Below are positions 40,301-48,388 of a stretch of 64,000 nucleotides of DNA, one piece after another. Made by a program: the position numbers and the translations under genes. How positions within the stretch are numbered: the stretch's first letter is position 1; each line of letters opens with the position of its first letter. Location of the stretch: sequence record DRR378314_790. One strand, written 5' to 3'. A model generated the notes under the pieces. That model saw only the letters and a program-made list of their open reading frames with translations, ran no database searches and was not told the DNA's origin.

Positions 40301-40434
40301 ACTAACCCAGTTAAAGGGAAGCCAAAGCGTAAGTTGAGTAAACATACAACGGTGATACCAATCCATACAGTGGTAATCACCGACTGACCAAGTCCACCTC
40401 CAGATGGAAACAAGTGTAAAATTAAATCACCCAC
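37318..40434 (-). CDS. capC: CapC/PgsC-family membrane protein with two tandem CapC units and a large soluble C-terminal region containing an internal repeat (1038 aa)
   Basis: Unit 1 RFGFPLTGLVVPGYL…MFGRDRF…SLGLVIIALTAN; unit 2 KYGWEFNGIMLPALLAL…IEGARLL…AFGYMLSTLLAL; both match PgsC GLVVPGYL/LYGRRKF. Confidence 0.82.
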   Translation of the reverse strand: MGDLILHLFPSGGGLGQSVITTVWIGITVVCLLNLRFGFPLTGLVVPGYLVPLLIVSPTSAGVIIIESVVVYGLMRFSAKYIMEKFGYGEMFGRDRFFAIILISILVRVVMDTLFWPLIANILSGWDITFDYSSQLYSLGLVIIALTANVMWNGGFKYGMKVTIIQLVITYLLVRYALMPMTNFSIANLAIMYEAVAASIIAAPKAYIILVITAFFASRANIKYGWEFNGIMLPALLALQLMQPTKLLTSFAETAIILIIGASLLNYTRLRNANIEGARLLLFFFNIGFIYKLFLNYFVVHYYPEIKVTDTFAFGYMLSTLLALKIYQKSALGLVIRATFQTSIVGGSLAIAIGFLIMFIPSLFIDTGVNSFSPTQQTSTLSQQISEYKSYLYTDSKDSVELSLYQVNQDKNNFKYAINEINKAPDNLQNIQNNLLRFAKLGFQLQFDERFIYIRDTRKTSQRGFFVIARNPSANFIVTVPYPTSESLASDSAGHIFEHFSAQAMVFGTSLTPSAKLSQNNQQSDYYYAFIEAMDLEQIFQVREVNNRSSRLLAKTTLGASSQYWIYNQIPSELSQRLVQQLLGYQGTFFGLATTSSLPDQNFKGQLFEAFLSRENYTTLLANIARDNQGEAKNEIAYVNKSLNELVDFYSDYITAKGSGQYKPLSPNQAALWEFEILRPLYNLKASLREKMVDGDVVNLLKQVNSTVRLMGYQLSLVRNGQGRFLLIAPSLEGPALGYGQGVYFLNLNNSERLNIQVPRPLFESNTLKFATELFIASKAEQLMIAGAHPYAHPQANVLAPNNIDALFNVVHQSYLRYAQNQHVLSLQIRSHSAPSWIRPTALAFQYTQAGSSYKPLIDALDSGLNTLSVNYQTVLGQTATRGLELGTSPQSGYQVFTSQSELATLWLASDFKKQFSVNQQSLLQRLLAISAQPYVKTINISTLSPNDWADLSFNQEQHFNDVLQQYGSSQRLTVLAQLCKPINNCTLQTIEFEGQQEYALAILLNSKLLAIFNPVTNRLTDQSRFNTMMMEGTYAIY

Positions 40435-40442
40435 AGGTTAAA

Positions 40443-42410
40443 TTACTCCATTAAACTTGTTGTTAATGGTTGCTGCCTATTTAGGGCATCAATTAACTGT
40501 TTGCTGTTAGGCATTTGAGATATTAAAGAGGCAATGTCGACAAATTCAAACAATATCCCTGAGACTTGAAATGGCTCCCCTGATGCGCTCTGCACGCTGG
40601 CAGAGTCCACAGCTCTAACATTAAGGATGTAAACTTGATTATCGAGTTGAGCTTCTAGGTAAATTTCGCCCTTTTGAAGTGTGATGTAACGTAACTTTCC
40701 TTTTGCAGTTTCAATATCTAAATTAGTTACTTGGCAAAGTAAATCTAATGCTGTCATTTCAAATATTGAAAATTGATGACGTGAAGCTAGCTCCTCTAAT
40801 GCTTTATTTATTTGTACGACTTGGCCAAATAAATTAAAGAGTATAGTGGCAGATCGAATATGATTAAAAACATGCTCTAGGGTTGTTAACTTTTGCTCCA
40901 TTTCAGTAATCGACGTTTTTACTTTTTGGCTTAAAGGCTCTTGAAGAGTTAGAGTAAGTAATCGCGATAGGGTACTATTATTGATACTCGTTTGTGATTC
41001 ATATATCCGATAATGGAACAGTAATTCACCTACTTGACCTGCAAATGCATTAACATTTTTTTCAAAGGCTTGTTGATTAAAATCCTCATTAGGGGTTACG
41101 GTCATTGCCCAAAAACCGCGAACGTCGCCTGCATAAGTTAATGGCACTATGTATTGAACTTCACCCTCACCTAATTCTTCAAAGAATGGTCTTTCTATGG
41201 CGATGACGGTCAATGCTTTTAAAGCGTCAGAGTATGGAGGGCGTTTGTAGTCACGTCGCATCTCTTGTATATCAGTAAGGTGGCAGTTGACAGCTCTGAT
41301 CTCTGACAGGCGATGTTCACCCTCTTTACGGGCTAAAAAAATTGATTTGTTTAATGCTAATTGTTGACTAATTAAGCGCGTGATTGAGTCCCACGGTGAA
41401 CTTTGCGAGATAAACGATTGAGGTAAATATCGGCCAATCATTTTTTGCTGTATGTTTCCAATTAAATTAACAAGCTCATATTCTTCATTTAGTTTTCTTA
41501 TAACGACAACCCAAAGCAAGGTATAAAATGTCAAAACAATCATTTGACCTACAGGCAGAAAAACGTACTGAAAAAATAAAACAAAATAACTAAGTCCAAA
41601 CCACGCAACACTCAATACAGAGGCTAAAACTAGGCTGTAAACAATTGATAGCTTTTGAAAAGCAAATAACAGCGTGATAGAAAGGCATAAAAATAACAAT
41701 GTACTTTGCCACGGTTGAACAATTAGCACTGCGTTTTCTTTTTGCAGTGTGTCTGCAATATAGGCCACAAGTAAAAGGTAATTTGTGCTCTGCGAAAGCT
41801 TAGGTGCATTAAGTGAAACCCCTAACCCTGCATTTTTTTGCCCTAAAATTATGAACTTATTTTGTAATTGACTGGCCATAATGTCCATTGCCATAAGGCG
41901 TTCAGCTGAAAACTTAGGTAATGCAGCCGGGGCTAGTTCAAAATTGACTAATGCAGTCGTATTTTGGGTTTTAAATAGAAGGGGCCAAATAGAATGACAG
42001 CGAGTCTTATCCGATGATGTAATTTCAATGTTATACCCAGCCCAATCATTTAAAGTGGGCAGGCAGTAGTCATTATATGGGTGCGGATAATAAACAGTCT
42101 TTTGATCAGATTTGCTCACATCGTTATTTAATTGTAGCTGCTCATTTGACACAACAATGATATGGCTTGGTTCATAGGTTTGTAATTGTTTAACTATTTC
42201 AGTGTGTTCACGGCTCAAGTGCTCGCTTTCAATAAGCACGACTTCACTTTGCTGACTCTGTGTTAAATGTGCAAGTTGGCTATATAACAACGCATTCACA
42301 GAATGAAAAAGTGAGAGTGAATTGGCAACTATAATGGTGCTAAATAACATCATTATTAGCCAGAAATTTTTCTGGCGTTGCAATAGTGATAGTTGGTGCT
42401 TTAAAGCCAC
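40443..42410 (-). CDS. Inner-membrane CHASE2-like sensor protein with 3 following TMs and cytoplasmic GAF/PAS-like domains, no output domain
   Basis: N-terminal TM; EVVLIE…, LVNF…PKFSAERLM…LQNKFIILG CHASE2-like pattern; IVPLTYAGDVRGFWAM GAF-like; ATILFNLFGQVVQINKA PAS-like. Confidence 0.65.
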   Translation of the reverse strand: MALKHQLSLLQRQKNFWLIMMLFSTIIVANSLSLFHSVNALLYSQLAHLTQSQQSEVVLIESEHLSREHTEIVKQLQTYEPSHIIVVSNEQLQLNNDVSKSDQKTVYYPHPYNDYCLPTLNDWAGYNIEITSSDKTRCHSIWPLLFKTQNTTALVNFELAPAALPKFSAERLMAMDIMASQLQNKFIILGQKNAGLGVSLNAPKLSQSTNYLLLVAYIADTLQKENAVLIVQPWQSTLLFLCLSITLLFAFQKLSIVYSLVLASVLSVAWFGLSYFVLFFQYVFLPVGQMIVLTFYTLLWVVVIRKLNEEYELVNLIGNIQQKMIGRYLPQSFISQSSPWDSITRLISQQLALNKSIFLARKEGEHRLSEIRAVNCHLTDIQEMRRDYKRPPYSDALKALTVIAIERPFFEELGEGEVQYIVPLTYAGDVRGFWAMTVTPNEDFNQQAFEKNVNAFAGQVGELLFHYRIYESQTSINNSTLSRLLTLTLQEPLSQKVKTSITEMEQKLTTLEHVFNHIRSATILFNLFGQVVQINKALEELASRHQFSIFEMTALDLLCQVTNLDIETAKGKLRYITLQKGEIYLEAQLDNQVYILNVRAVDSASVQSASGEPFQVSGILFEFVDIASLISQMPNSKQLIDALNRQQPLTTSLME

Positions 42411-42431
42411 AGAAGATCCAATGAAAGTACG

Positions 42432-44657
42432 TTAGTTAAAAGTGCTAAATGTAAGCTTGTATGTGACAGGTGTGCTGGAATCGGCGTATAAAAAATCAAA
42501 CCCATGCATTTTTTTTGTTTGCCAAACGCCTTCATCAATTACGAGCTTATCTTGCCACGACACCATCGCAATATCGTCTAATGCTAAGCTGGCTTCATCG
42601 TTGCTGGGAGGAAAATGTCTAAAGGTTACTTTCACCCCACGTGCTGGCAGATTTTCTGGACCCAATGTAGTTGTGTCTGCTGGTAACGTAAAATTGTAAT
42701 TAAATGCTTGCCATGAGTATGTTCCTGCTTGTGCGATATCGCTATACTCTGTAGAGAACTCTAGCGCATCTTCTGCAGTAGTCGTGACTAACTTTAGCTC
42801 TAATCTACCTGCGTTTTCGCCTTTCATATAGCCAATTAAGCTGAAGTCTTTAAATGCTTGTGTTTGACCATTGTTATCATAAAATTCCATTGTACGTATT
42901 GTTTGTCTGAACGGAATTATTGAAGGCGTATTATCAAACTGTGTTCGTGATGAACACAAGGCTTGAAGACCACTTCGAACATTACTTATACAGGGCGTGA
43001 CGCTATCGCCACTGTGATCCCATCTTGCAACCTCAAGTTGTTCATCATCATTATCCCAATCTTCAAAGTCGCCAAATATCATCATGTCACGGCCGAACTT
43101 AAGGGATGTGGGGGCATCGCCTTCGATTATTTCTATTTTAGATAAAAAAGCGGCTGTTGAGGGGGCATAATCGCGTAAATCAATCATACTCTGCTCTGCG
43201 CTTAGTGAAACTGTTTCAGTGTGTTGAGTTACTTGCATTTGGTTTTTACTAAAGTATAAATCAGCATAACCATCTCTAGGGATTAAAGTGATGTTATCGT
43301 CCGAAAGGCTTGCGAGCCGGCGGATTAAATAGTTACTTAAAAACCCATGTGTGAATTTAGGTTGATACCCTTCTACATAAACAGGATAAACTACCCCACG
43401 TTTTGTCGGGGTACTACTGTCTGTGTCAACCTTAACCATCACGGCAACACCCAATAAGGTTTCCAATCGGTCTTGATCAAACATAAAGTTACCAAGGCCT
43501 AAAATAGCAGGTACACCATCATACATTGCAAAGCCTTGAGCAACGTGCGGGTGGTGTGCGATCAAAAGATTAACGCCGTATTTAGCTATCGTTTCAAATC
43601 GACTTTCAATATAAGGGGTAGGAGAGTAAGAATACTCATCGCCGCCATGCATTTGTATAATTGAGTAATCGCTGTTGGTTATCGTATCTTCAACCGCATT
43701 AATCACTAATGGTGTATTGGTTAAATCAGCAGCCCCTCCTTTCGTTTCGCTGGAAACATAGTTTATTTCGTGTTCGTTCCCAGGAATTGATGTAGCTGAA
43801 AATAAACCTAATTTAATCGTGCCAACATCCAGTAACTTTGGCGCATAAGACTCCTGATTATTCTTACCAGCACCACTGTGAGCAACCCCAGCGTTATTGA
43901 CTTCAATAATTGTGTCATCAAGTCCGTCTTCTAAAAAGTCGTAAACGTGATTATTACCAAGAGCTACGTAGTCGATCCCTATGTCTGTTAATCCTTGCAA
44001 TGTTTCAGGTAACGAGAAAAAAGCAAACTCTTTAGTTGGATGTACTGTTTGTGGAGTCCCAGTAACAGGACTTTCTAAATTAACAGAGGCAAAGTCAGCA
44101 GCTAAAAATAAAGGGGCTACGTATTGTGATAGCTTTTTAGCATCTTCACTTGCACTAGAAGGTCTAATTAACGCTTCATCTATATTTGGAATATCAGCTG
44201 ACATTGTTGAAAGTGAGGGGTCGAGGTAGCGACGACCAAACATTGTGTCGCCAGCAAAGAGTAGCTCTACTTCATTTGTTTTTTTGCTAAGGAGTGTGAT
44301 TGTTTTTGAATTGGAAGTGTTACTTATACTCAGTGTTTCAATATGGGGCAAATAATTAGATGCATTTATATCTAACCGGTAATTTCCATAAGGCATGTTT
44401 TTAAGCGATATTTTGCCTGCATTGTCACTTATATACACAACACCATTTAATTTTACGGAAACATTACTCGCAGCTTCATTATTTTCATTCAAAATAGTGA
44501 CGGTAACAGAGTCTGTATTTTGAAAGTATTGCTTGCGCAGTTGAATTTCAGTTTGTTGACTCTGAGTTTCCTCAGTCTCGTAAGGGTCTTCTACCTTACA
44601 TGCACTGATAAAAATAATAATAAGACAAGGCAGAGTTATAGTTCGTATATTGTGCAA
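42432..44657 (-). CDS. capA: CapA/PgsA-family (PGA_cap metallophosphatase) lipoprotein with N-terminal beta-sandwich and C-terminal CBM-like domain; likely TTG start at 44657 (ORF track starts at 44744)
   Basis: Lipobox IFISAC; FAGDTMFGR, VNLES, ALGNNHVYD, MHGGDEY, AHHPHVAQG, GLGNFMFDQ. Confidence 0.88.
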   Translation of the reverse strand: MHNIRTITLPCLIIIFISACKVEDPYETEETQSQQTEIQLRKQYFQNTDSVTVTILNENNEAASNVSVKLNGVVYISDNAGKISLKNMPYGNYRLDINASNYLPHIETLSISNTSNSKTITLLSKKTNEVELLFAGDTMFGRRYLDPSLSTMSADIPNIDEALIRPSSASEDAKKLSQYVAPLFLAADFASVNLESPVTGTPQTVHPTKEFAFFSLPETLQGLTDIGIDYVALGNNHVYDFLEDGLDDTIIEVNNAGVAHSGAGKNNQESYAPKLLDVGTIKLGLFSATSIPGNEHEINYVSSETKGGAADLTNTPLVINAVEDTITNSDYSIIQMHGGDEYSYSPTPYIESRFETIAKYGVNLLIAHHPHVAQGFAMYDGVPAILGLGNFMFDQDRLETLLGVAVMVKVDTDSSTPTKRGVVYPVYVEGYQPKFTHGFLSNYLIRRLASLSDDNITLIPRDGYADLYFSKNQMQVTQHTETVSLSAEQSMIDLRDYAPSTAAFLSKIEIIEGDAPTSLKFGRDMMIFGDFEDWDNDDEQLEVARWDHSGDSVTPCISNVRSGLQALCSSRTQFDNTPSIIPFRQTIRTMEFYDNNGQTQAFKDFSLIGYMKGENAGRLELKLVTTTAEDALEFSTEYSDIAQAGTYSWQAFNYNFTLPADTTTLGPENLPARGVKVTFRHFPPSNDEASLALDDIAMVSWQDKLVIDEGVWQTKKMHGFDFLYADSSTPVTYKLTFSTFN

Positions 44658-44830
44658 ATTAGTCTCGTTAACATTAATATATTGTTGTTGTATGTTTTTC
44701 AAGTGTAAATTATTTTGCTTATTCTTAAAATGGCAATAAATCACAAAGTGTGAAAATGTACCTTTAAGGTTAGTACTAAAACTACATGAAGCCTATAGGA
44801 AATGGCTTAATTTAAAATATAAAGTGTAAT

Positions 44831-44848
44831 CGTCCAAAAATCTTTACG
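44831..44848. promoter_or_regulatory. Putative TyrR/PhhR box in the capA-tyrR intergenic region (reverse complement CGTAAA-GATTTT-TGGACG)
   Basis: Same YGTAAA-N6-KGGACG pattern as the site upstream of hppD. Confidence 0.5.
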
Positions 44849-44919
44849 ATATACTATCCTCATTCGCTTTGTTCGCGTATTATTCGCGGAATATTGGTTT
44901 TCTCTTTTTTGAGGGTGAA

Positions 44920-46476
44920 ATGCGTTTAGATATACACTGTGCAGACCGGATTGGTATTGCTCAAGAAATACTTAATATTTTAGTGAACTACCAAGTTGAC
45001 TTAAAAGGTATTGAGGTTGATTCAGTTAACTGCCGTATGTATGTAAGTTTCCCGCCTATTGAATTTGAACAATTTCAAAAAATCATGCCTTCAATTCGTT
45101 TGATTGACGGCGTTATGGATGTTCGAACAACTGCATTCTTACCTTCTGAGCGTGAACATAACGAACTAAATACGCTCTTAAGAGCCTTGCCTGACGGAGT
45201 AATTTCAATTGATGCCAAAGGCTGGGTTAGACTTTGCAATGACGCTGCATGTAAAGATTTACAATTAACAGAGAAAGAAGTTATTGGCTCAAATATTAAT
45301 AACTTACTTAAAGGGTTTAATTTTACCCGTTGGCTAGAAAGTAAAGAAGTGCTTGGCCAAACAACGCGCGTTGAAGTTGCTGGTGAAGACTTTATTGCCG
45401 ATATCTTACCAATTTCAGTGCCGCAAGGTGCTGAAGGCGATGTGCTTGCCGGTGCTGTAATAAACATAAAATCTCAAAGTCGTCTAGGCCAGCAAGTCAG
45501 TGCGTTTAGACGTTATGGTCAAGAGAGCTTTGCAACTATTCATAACTTTAGTACTGCAATGCGCAGAGTTGTGCGAGAAGCCCGTAAAATGGCGCAACTT
45601 GAAGCCCCCATATTGATCACAGGTGAAACGGGCACAGGTAAAGAGTTGTTAGCTCGTGCGTGTCATTATGCTTCCAACCGTTCAGTTAAACCGTTTATTG
45701 CGTTGTCGTGTGCGTCTTTGCCTGATGATGTTGCAGAGTCGGAGCTCTTTGGTTATGCAGGCTATGAAGAAAATGCTGCACCTAAGCGTGGTGTATTAGA
45801 GCAGGCTGACGGCGGTACGGTGTTTTTAGATGAAGTTGGAGAAATGTCGACTCAGTTGCAAACTAAATTGCTCCGATTTTTACAAGACGGTACGTTTAGA
45901 AAAGTAGGCGATGAGAATGAAGTAAAAGTAAATGTTCGCATCATTGCTGCAACCCAAAAAGATTTGCCCGCGATGGTTCAAGAAGGTGCGTTTAGAGAAG
46001 ACTTATATTATCGGATAAACGTATTAACCCTTGAGATAGCTCCGCTGCGTGATAGAAAAGCCGATGTTGGCCCGCTTGCTGAACACTTTATACAAAAGTA
46101 TGCACAGCAAAATGGCCATGCAATACCTGAATTATCGGCAGAATGTTTAACGTTTTTACAAGATTACCCGTGGCCAGGTAATGTACGCCAACTCGAAAAT
46201 GCGATTTACAGAGCTGTATCACTTTTAGATGATAATGAACTCAGAGTTGAGCATTTGCAATTACCTACGTTTACTCACGATTTAGGGTATTTGGAATCGG
46301 ATTTCGAGGGGTCGCTTGATCAAGCTGTTAAACGATTTGAGGCGACGTTGCTTCGTAAACTTTATCCGGCTTACCCAAGCTCACGTCAACTCGCAAAACG
46401 CTTAGGTTTGAGCCATACCGCTGTTGCAAACAAACTGCGCGACTATGGAATTAACCGTAAAACAGTAAAAGTTTAA
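44920..46476 (+). CDS. tyrR: Aromatic amino acid regulator TyrR/PhhR (ACT-PAS-AAA+-HTH); start ATG 44920
   Basis: MRLDIHCADRIG N-terminus, GETGTGKE, ESELFG without the GAFTGA loop, FLDEVGEM, WPGNVRQL, YPSSRQLAKRLGLSHTAVANKLRDYG. Confidence 0.95.
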   Translation: MRLDIHCADRIGIAQEILNILVNYQVDLKGIEVDSVNCRMYVSFPPIEFEQFQKIMPSIRLIDGVMDVRTTAFLPSEREHNELNTLLRALPDGVISIDAKGWVRLCNDAACKDLQLTEKEVIGSNINNLLKGFNFTRWLESKEVLGQTTRVEVAGEDFIADILPISVPQGAEGDVLAGAVINIKSQSRLGQQVSAFRRYGQESFATIHNFSTAMRRVVREARKMAQLEAPILITGETGTGKELLARACHYASNRSVKPFIALSCASLPDDVAESELFGYAGYEENAAPKRGVLEQADGGTVFLDEVGEMSTQLQTKLLRFLQDGTFRKVGDENEVKVNVRIIAATQKDLPAMVQEGAFREDLYYRINVLTLEIAPLRDRKADVGPLAEHFIQKYAQQNGHAIPELSAECLTFLQDYPWPGNVRQLENAIYRAVSLLDDNELRVEHLQLPTFTHDLGYLESDFEGSLDQAVKRFEATLLRKLYPAYPSSRQLAKRLGLSHTAVANKLRDYGINRKTVKV

Positions 46477-46490
46477 CCCTTTAATGGGCG

Positions 46491-46979
46491 CTATTGTTTA
46501 GTGCCCATGTCTTTTGTTACACCATCAATAGCAATTCTATCAATGCCATCATTGTTAAACTTAACAGTTATACTGATATTATTACGTGCAAAAAAGTAAT
46601 CTTTATTATCAAGGCTAATTACATAATCACCTTTTACAGGATCCTTGAATTTACTCTTTTTAAGTTGTAGTGAATGCTCACCAATTTGCCAATTAAATGT
46701 TTCGATGAAGCCATTGTTAAATTCTTGAACCCAAATTTGCTCTTCGTCTTTAGATAGAGTTATAGCGATAGAGTACGACTCAGGTAACTGCATCGCATAG
46801 CTTTTACTACCAATCTTAAATTTACCCTCGGCTTCATTCCAACCAAAGCCAAATGAAAATGGCTTTTCTACACCCGTTGGGTAGCGAACTTGACCTTCAC
46901 CAAGGTAATCAAAGTCAGCCCAAACAGAACTGCTAAACATTACACAAGCTATCGCGGTCGTGAAAGTTAATTTAGTCAT
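46491..46979 (-). CDS. Exported hypothetical beta-rich protein
   Basis: Signal peptide ending SVWA-D; RBS-like GAG upstream. Confidence 0.7.
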   Translation of the reverse strand: MTKLTFTTAIACVMFSSSVWADFDYLGEGQVRYPTGVEKPFSFGFGWNEAEGKFKIGSKSYAMQLPESYSIAITLSKDEEQIWVQEFNNGFIETFNWQIGEHSLQLKKSKFKDPVKGDYVISLDNKDYFFARNNISITVKFNNDGIDRIAIDGVTKDMGTKQ

Positions 46980-47087
46980 TTTTATGTATACTCTTTCTCA
47001 TCATATAGTTGAGATTAGAGTAGATTATTCTCCAATGCAACTTACTGTGCTACACTCGAGCTATTCTTGACTGGTAAGACCTTTATC

Positions 47088-47624
47088 GTGAACCTTTATT
47101 TTCGCCTTTTATTGCTGTTTTTTAAGATTAAACGTAACCGACACTACCAATCGTTATTGGATACTGTTGATATCGAGTATAAAGCGCTCCCTACCGACTG
47201 TGATATAAACTTACACCTCACTAATTCTCGCTACTTAGCTATGATGGACTTAGCGCGTACGTGGATGACAGAGCGAGTCGGTTTATTAGGGCCTATATTG
47301 AAAAAGCGCTGGTTTCCAATAGTTAATGCAACTGCCATTACATATATACGTGATATTAAGCCGATGCAGCGTTATACCATTAGCACGCGCTTAGTTGGTT
47401 GGGACCACAAATACTTTTATATTGAACAGAAGTTTCATTCTAAAAGTGGGTTACATGCAATTGCTTATGTCCGTGGTGTGTTTAAGCGTAAAAAAGGAGT
47501 TGTGAGTGTTGAGGAAATGCTCGAAGTGGCTGGGTTTAATGATGTTGCTCCAATTTTACCTGCTGAGGTAATGCATTGGAAAGAAATGCTAGAGCAAAAG
47601 AAGGTAACAAACTTGCCTTCTTAA
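47088..47624 (+). CDS. Thioesterase family (4HBT-like/FcbC) protein; likely GTG start at 47088
   Basis: PTDCDINLHLTNSRYLAMMDLAR, TRLVGWDHKYFYIEQ. Confidence 0.85.
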   Translation: MNLYFRLLLLFFKIKRNRHYQSLLDTVDIEYKALPTDCDINLHLTNSRYLAMMDLARTWMTERVGLLGPILKKRWFPIVNATAITYIRDIKPMQRYTISTRLVGWDHKYFYIEQKFHSKSGLHAIAYVRGVFKRKKGVVSVEEMLEVAGFNDVAPILPAEVMHWKEMLEQKKVTNLPS

Positions 47625-47630
47625 TTGCAT

Positions 47631-47656
47631 AAAAAAAGGCCTTGCGGCCTTTTTTT
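47631..47656. terminator. Bidirectional Rho-independent terminator
   Basis: AAAAAAAGGCC-TTGC-GGCCTTTTTTT between convergent genes. Confidence 0.9.
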
Positions 47657-47670
47657 GTTAGTGCGTAATC

Positions 47671-48324
47671 TTAGAAGCTGTACTTTACACCTAGCATAGC
47701 TACCACAGGGTCAATCTTAACTGTTGAGGTAAGTGCCTTTGCGCCATTTGCATACACAGTAGCATCAGTTTCAATATCCATTACAGACACCATCGCGTGT
47801 AGGCCCCAGTTTTTATCAAACATGTAATTAAAGCCTGCTTGTGCTGCTAAACCAAATGAGTTATCAAGTTTTACTTCAACATCATCTGTGGCAAGTACTG
47901 ATTTGAGTGCTGCTGATGGCTCTTCATCAAAAAACACTGTGTAGTTAACACCAACGCCTACAAATGGACGAAATGCTGATTGACTGTCTAAAAAATGATA
48001 TTGAGCAAACAATGAAGGTGGTAGATGCTTGATTGTTGCAATTTTATTGCCTGCTAAACCGCCTGCGCCATTTACGTCATGAGAGAAAGGGGTTGCAGCC
48101 ACTAACTCTAACACCCAGTTATCATTTAATGCGTAATCAACAGTAATACCTAACTGGGTATCTGAGTCTGCTTTTAAGCCTAATGCTGTATTTTCATTAA
48201 TCGCTGAGTTGGTATTGTCAGGGTTTACATTAATAGCACCGACATTAACACTCAGGTTTGCACTTGCAAAAGGAGACGCGATTAATAGTGATGTAAATAA
48301 CGCTGCGCTAAGTTGTTTTTTCAT
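47671..48324 (-). CDS. ompW: Outer membrane protein OmpW
   Basis: Signal peptide, ELVAATPFSH, LPPSLFAQYHF, RPFVGVGVNYTVFF, IDP…, terminal YSF. Confidence 0.93.
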   Translation of the reverse strand: MKKQLSAALFTSLLIASPFASANLSVNVGAINVNPDNTNSAINENTALGLKADSDTQLGITVDYALNDNWVLELVAATPFSHDVNGAGGLAGNKIATIKHLPPSLFAQYHFLDSQSAFRPFVGVGVNYTVFFDEEPSAALKSVLATDDVEVKLDNSFGLAAQAGFNYMFDKNWGLHAMVSVMDIETDATVYANGAKALTSTVKIDPVVAMLGVKYSF

Positions 48325-48388
48325 GCTGTTCTCCGAGAACGACTATTTTTGAATTGAGACCATTATCAATCAACTTAAAAATAAAAAA

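Noticed and set aside
5100-44900. Prophage, ICE, IS or CRISPR explanation for the accessory block
   Set aside because: No integrase, transposase, phage gene, tRNA target, terminal repeat or regularly spaced repeat array was seen.
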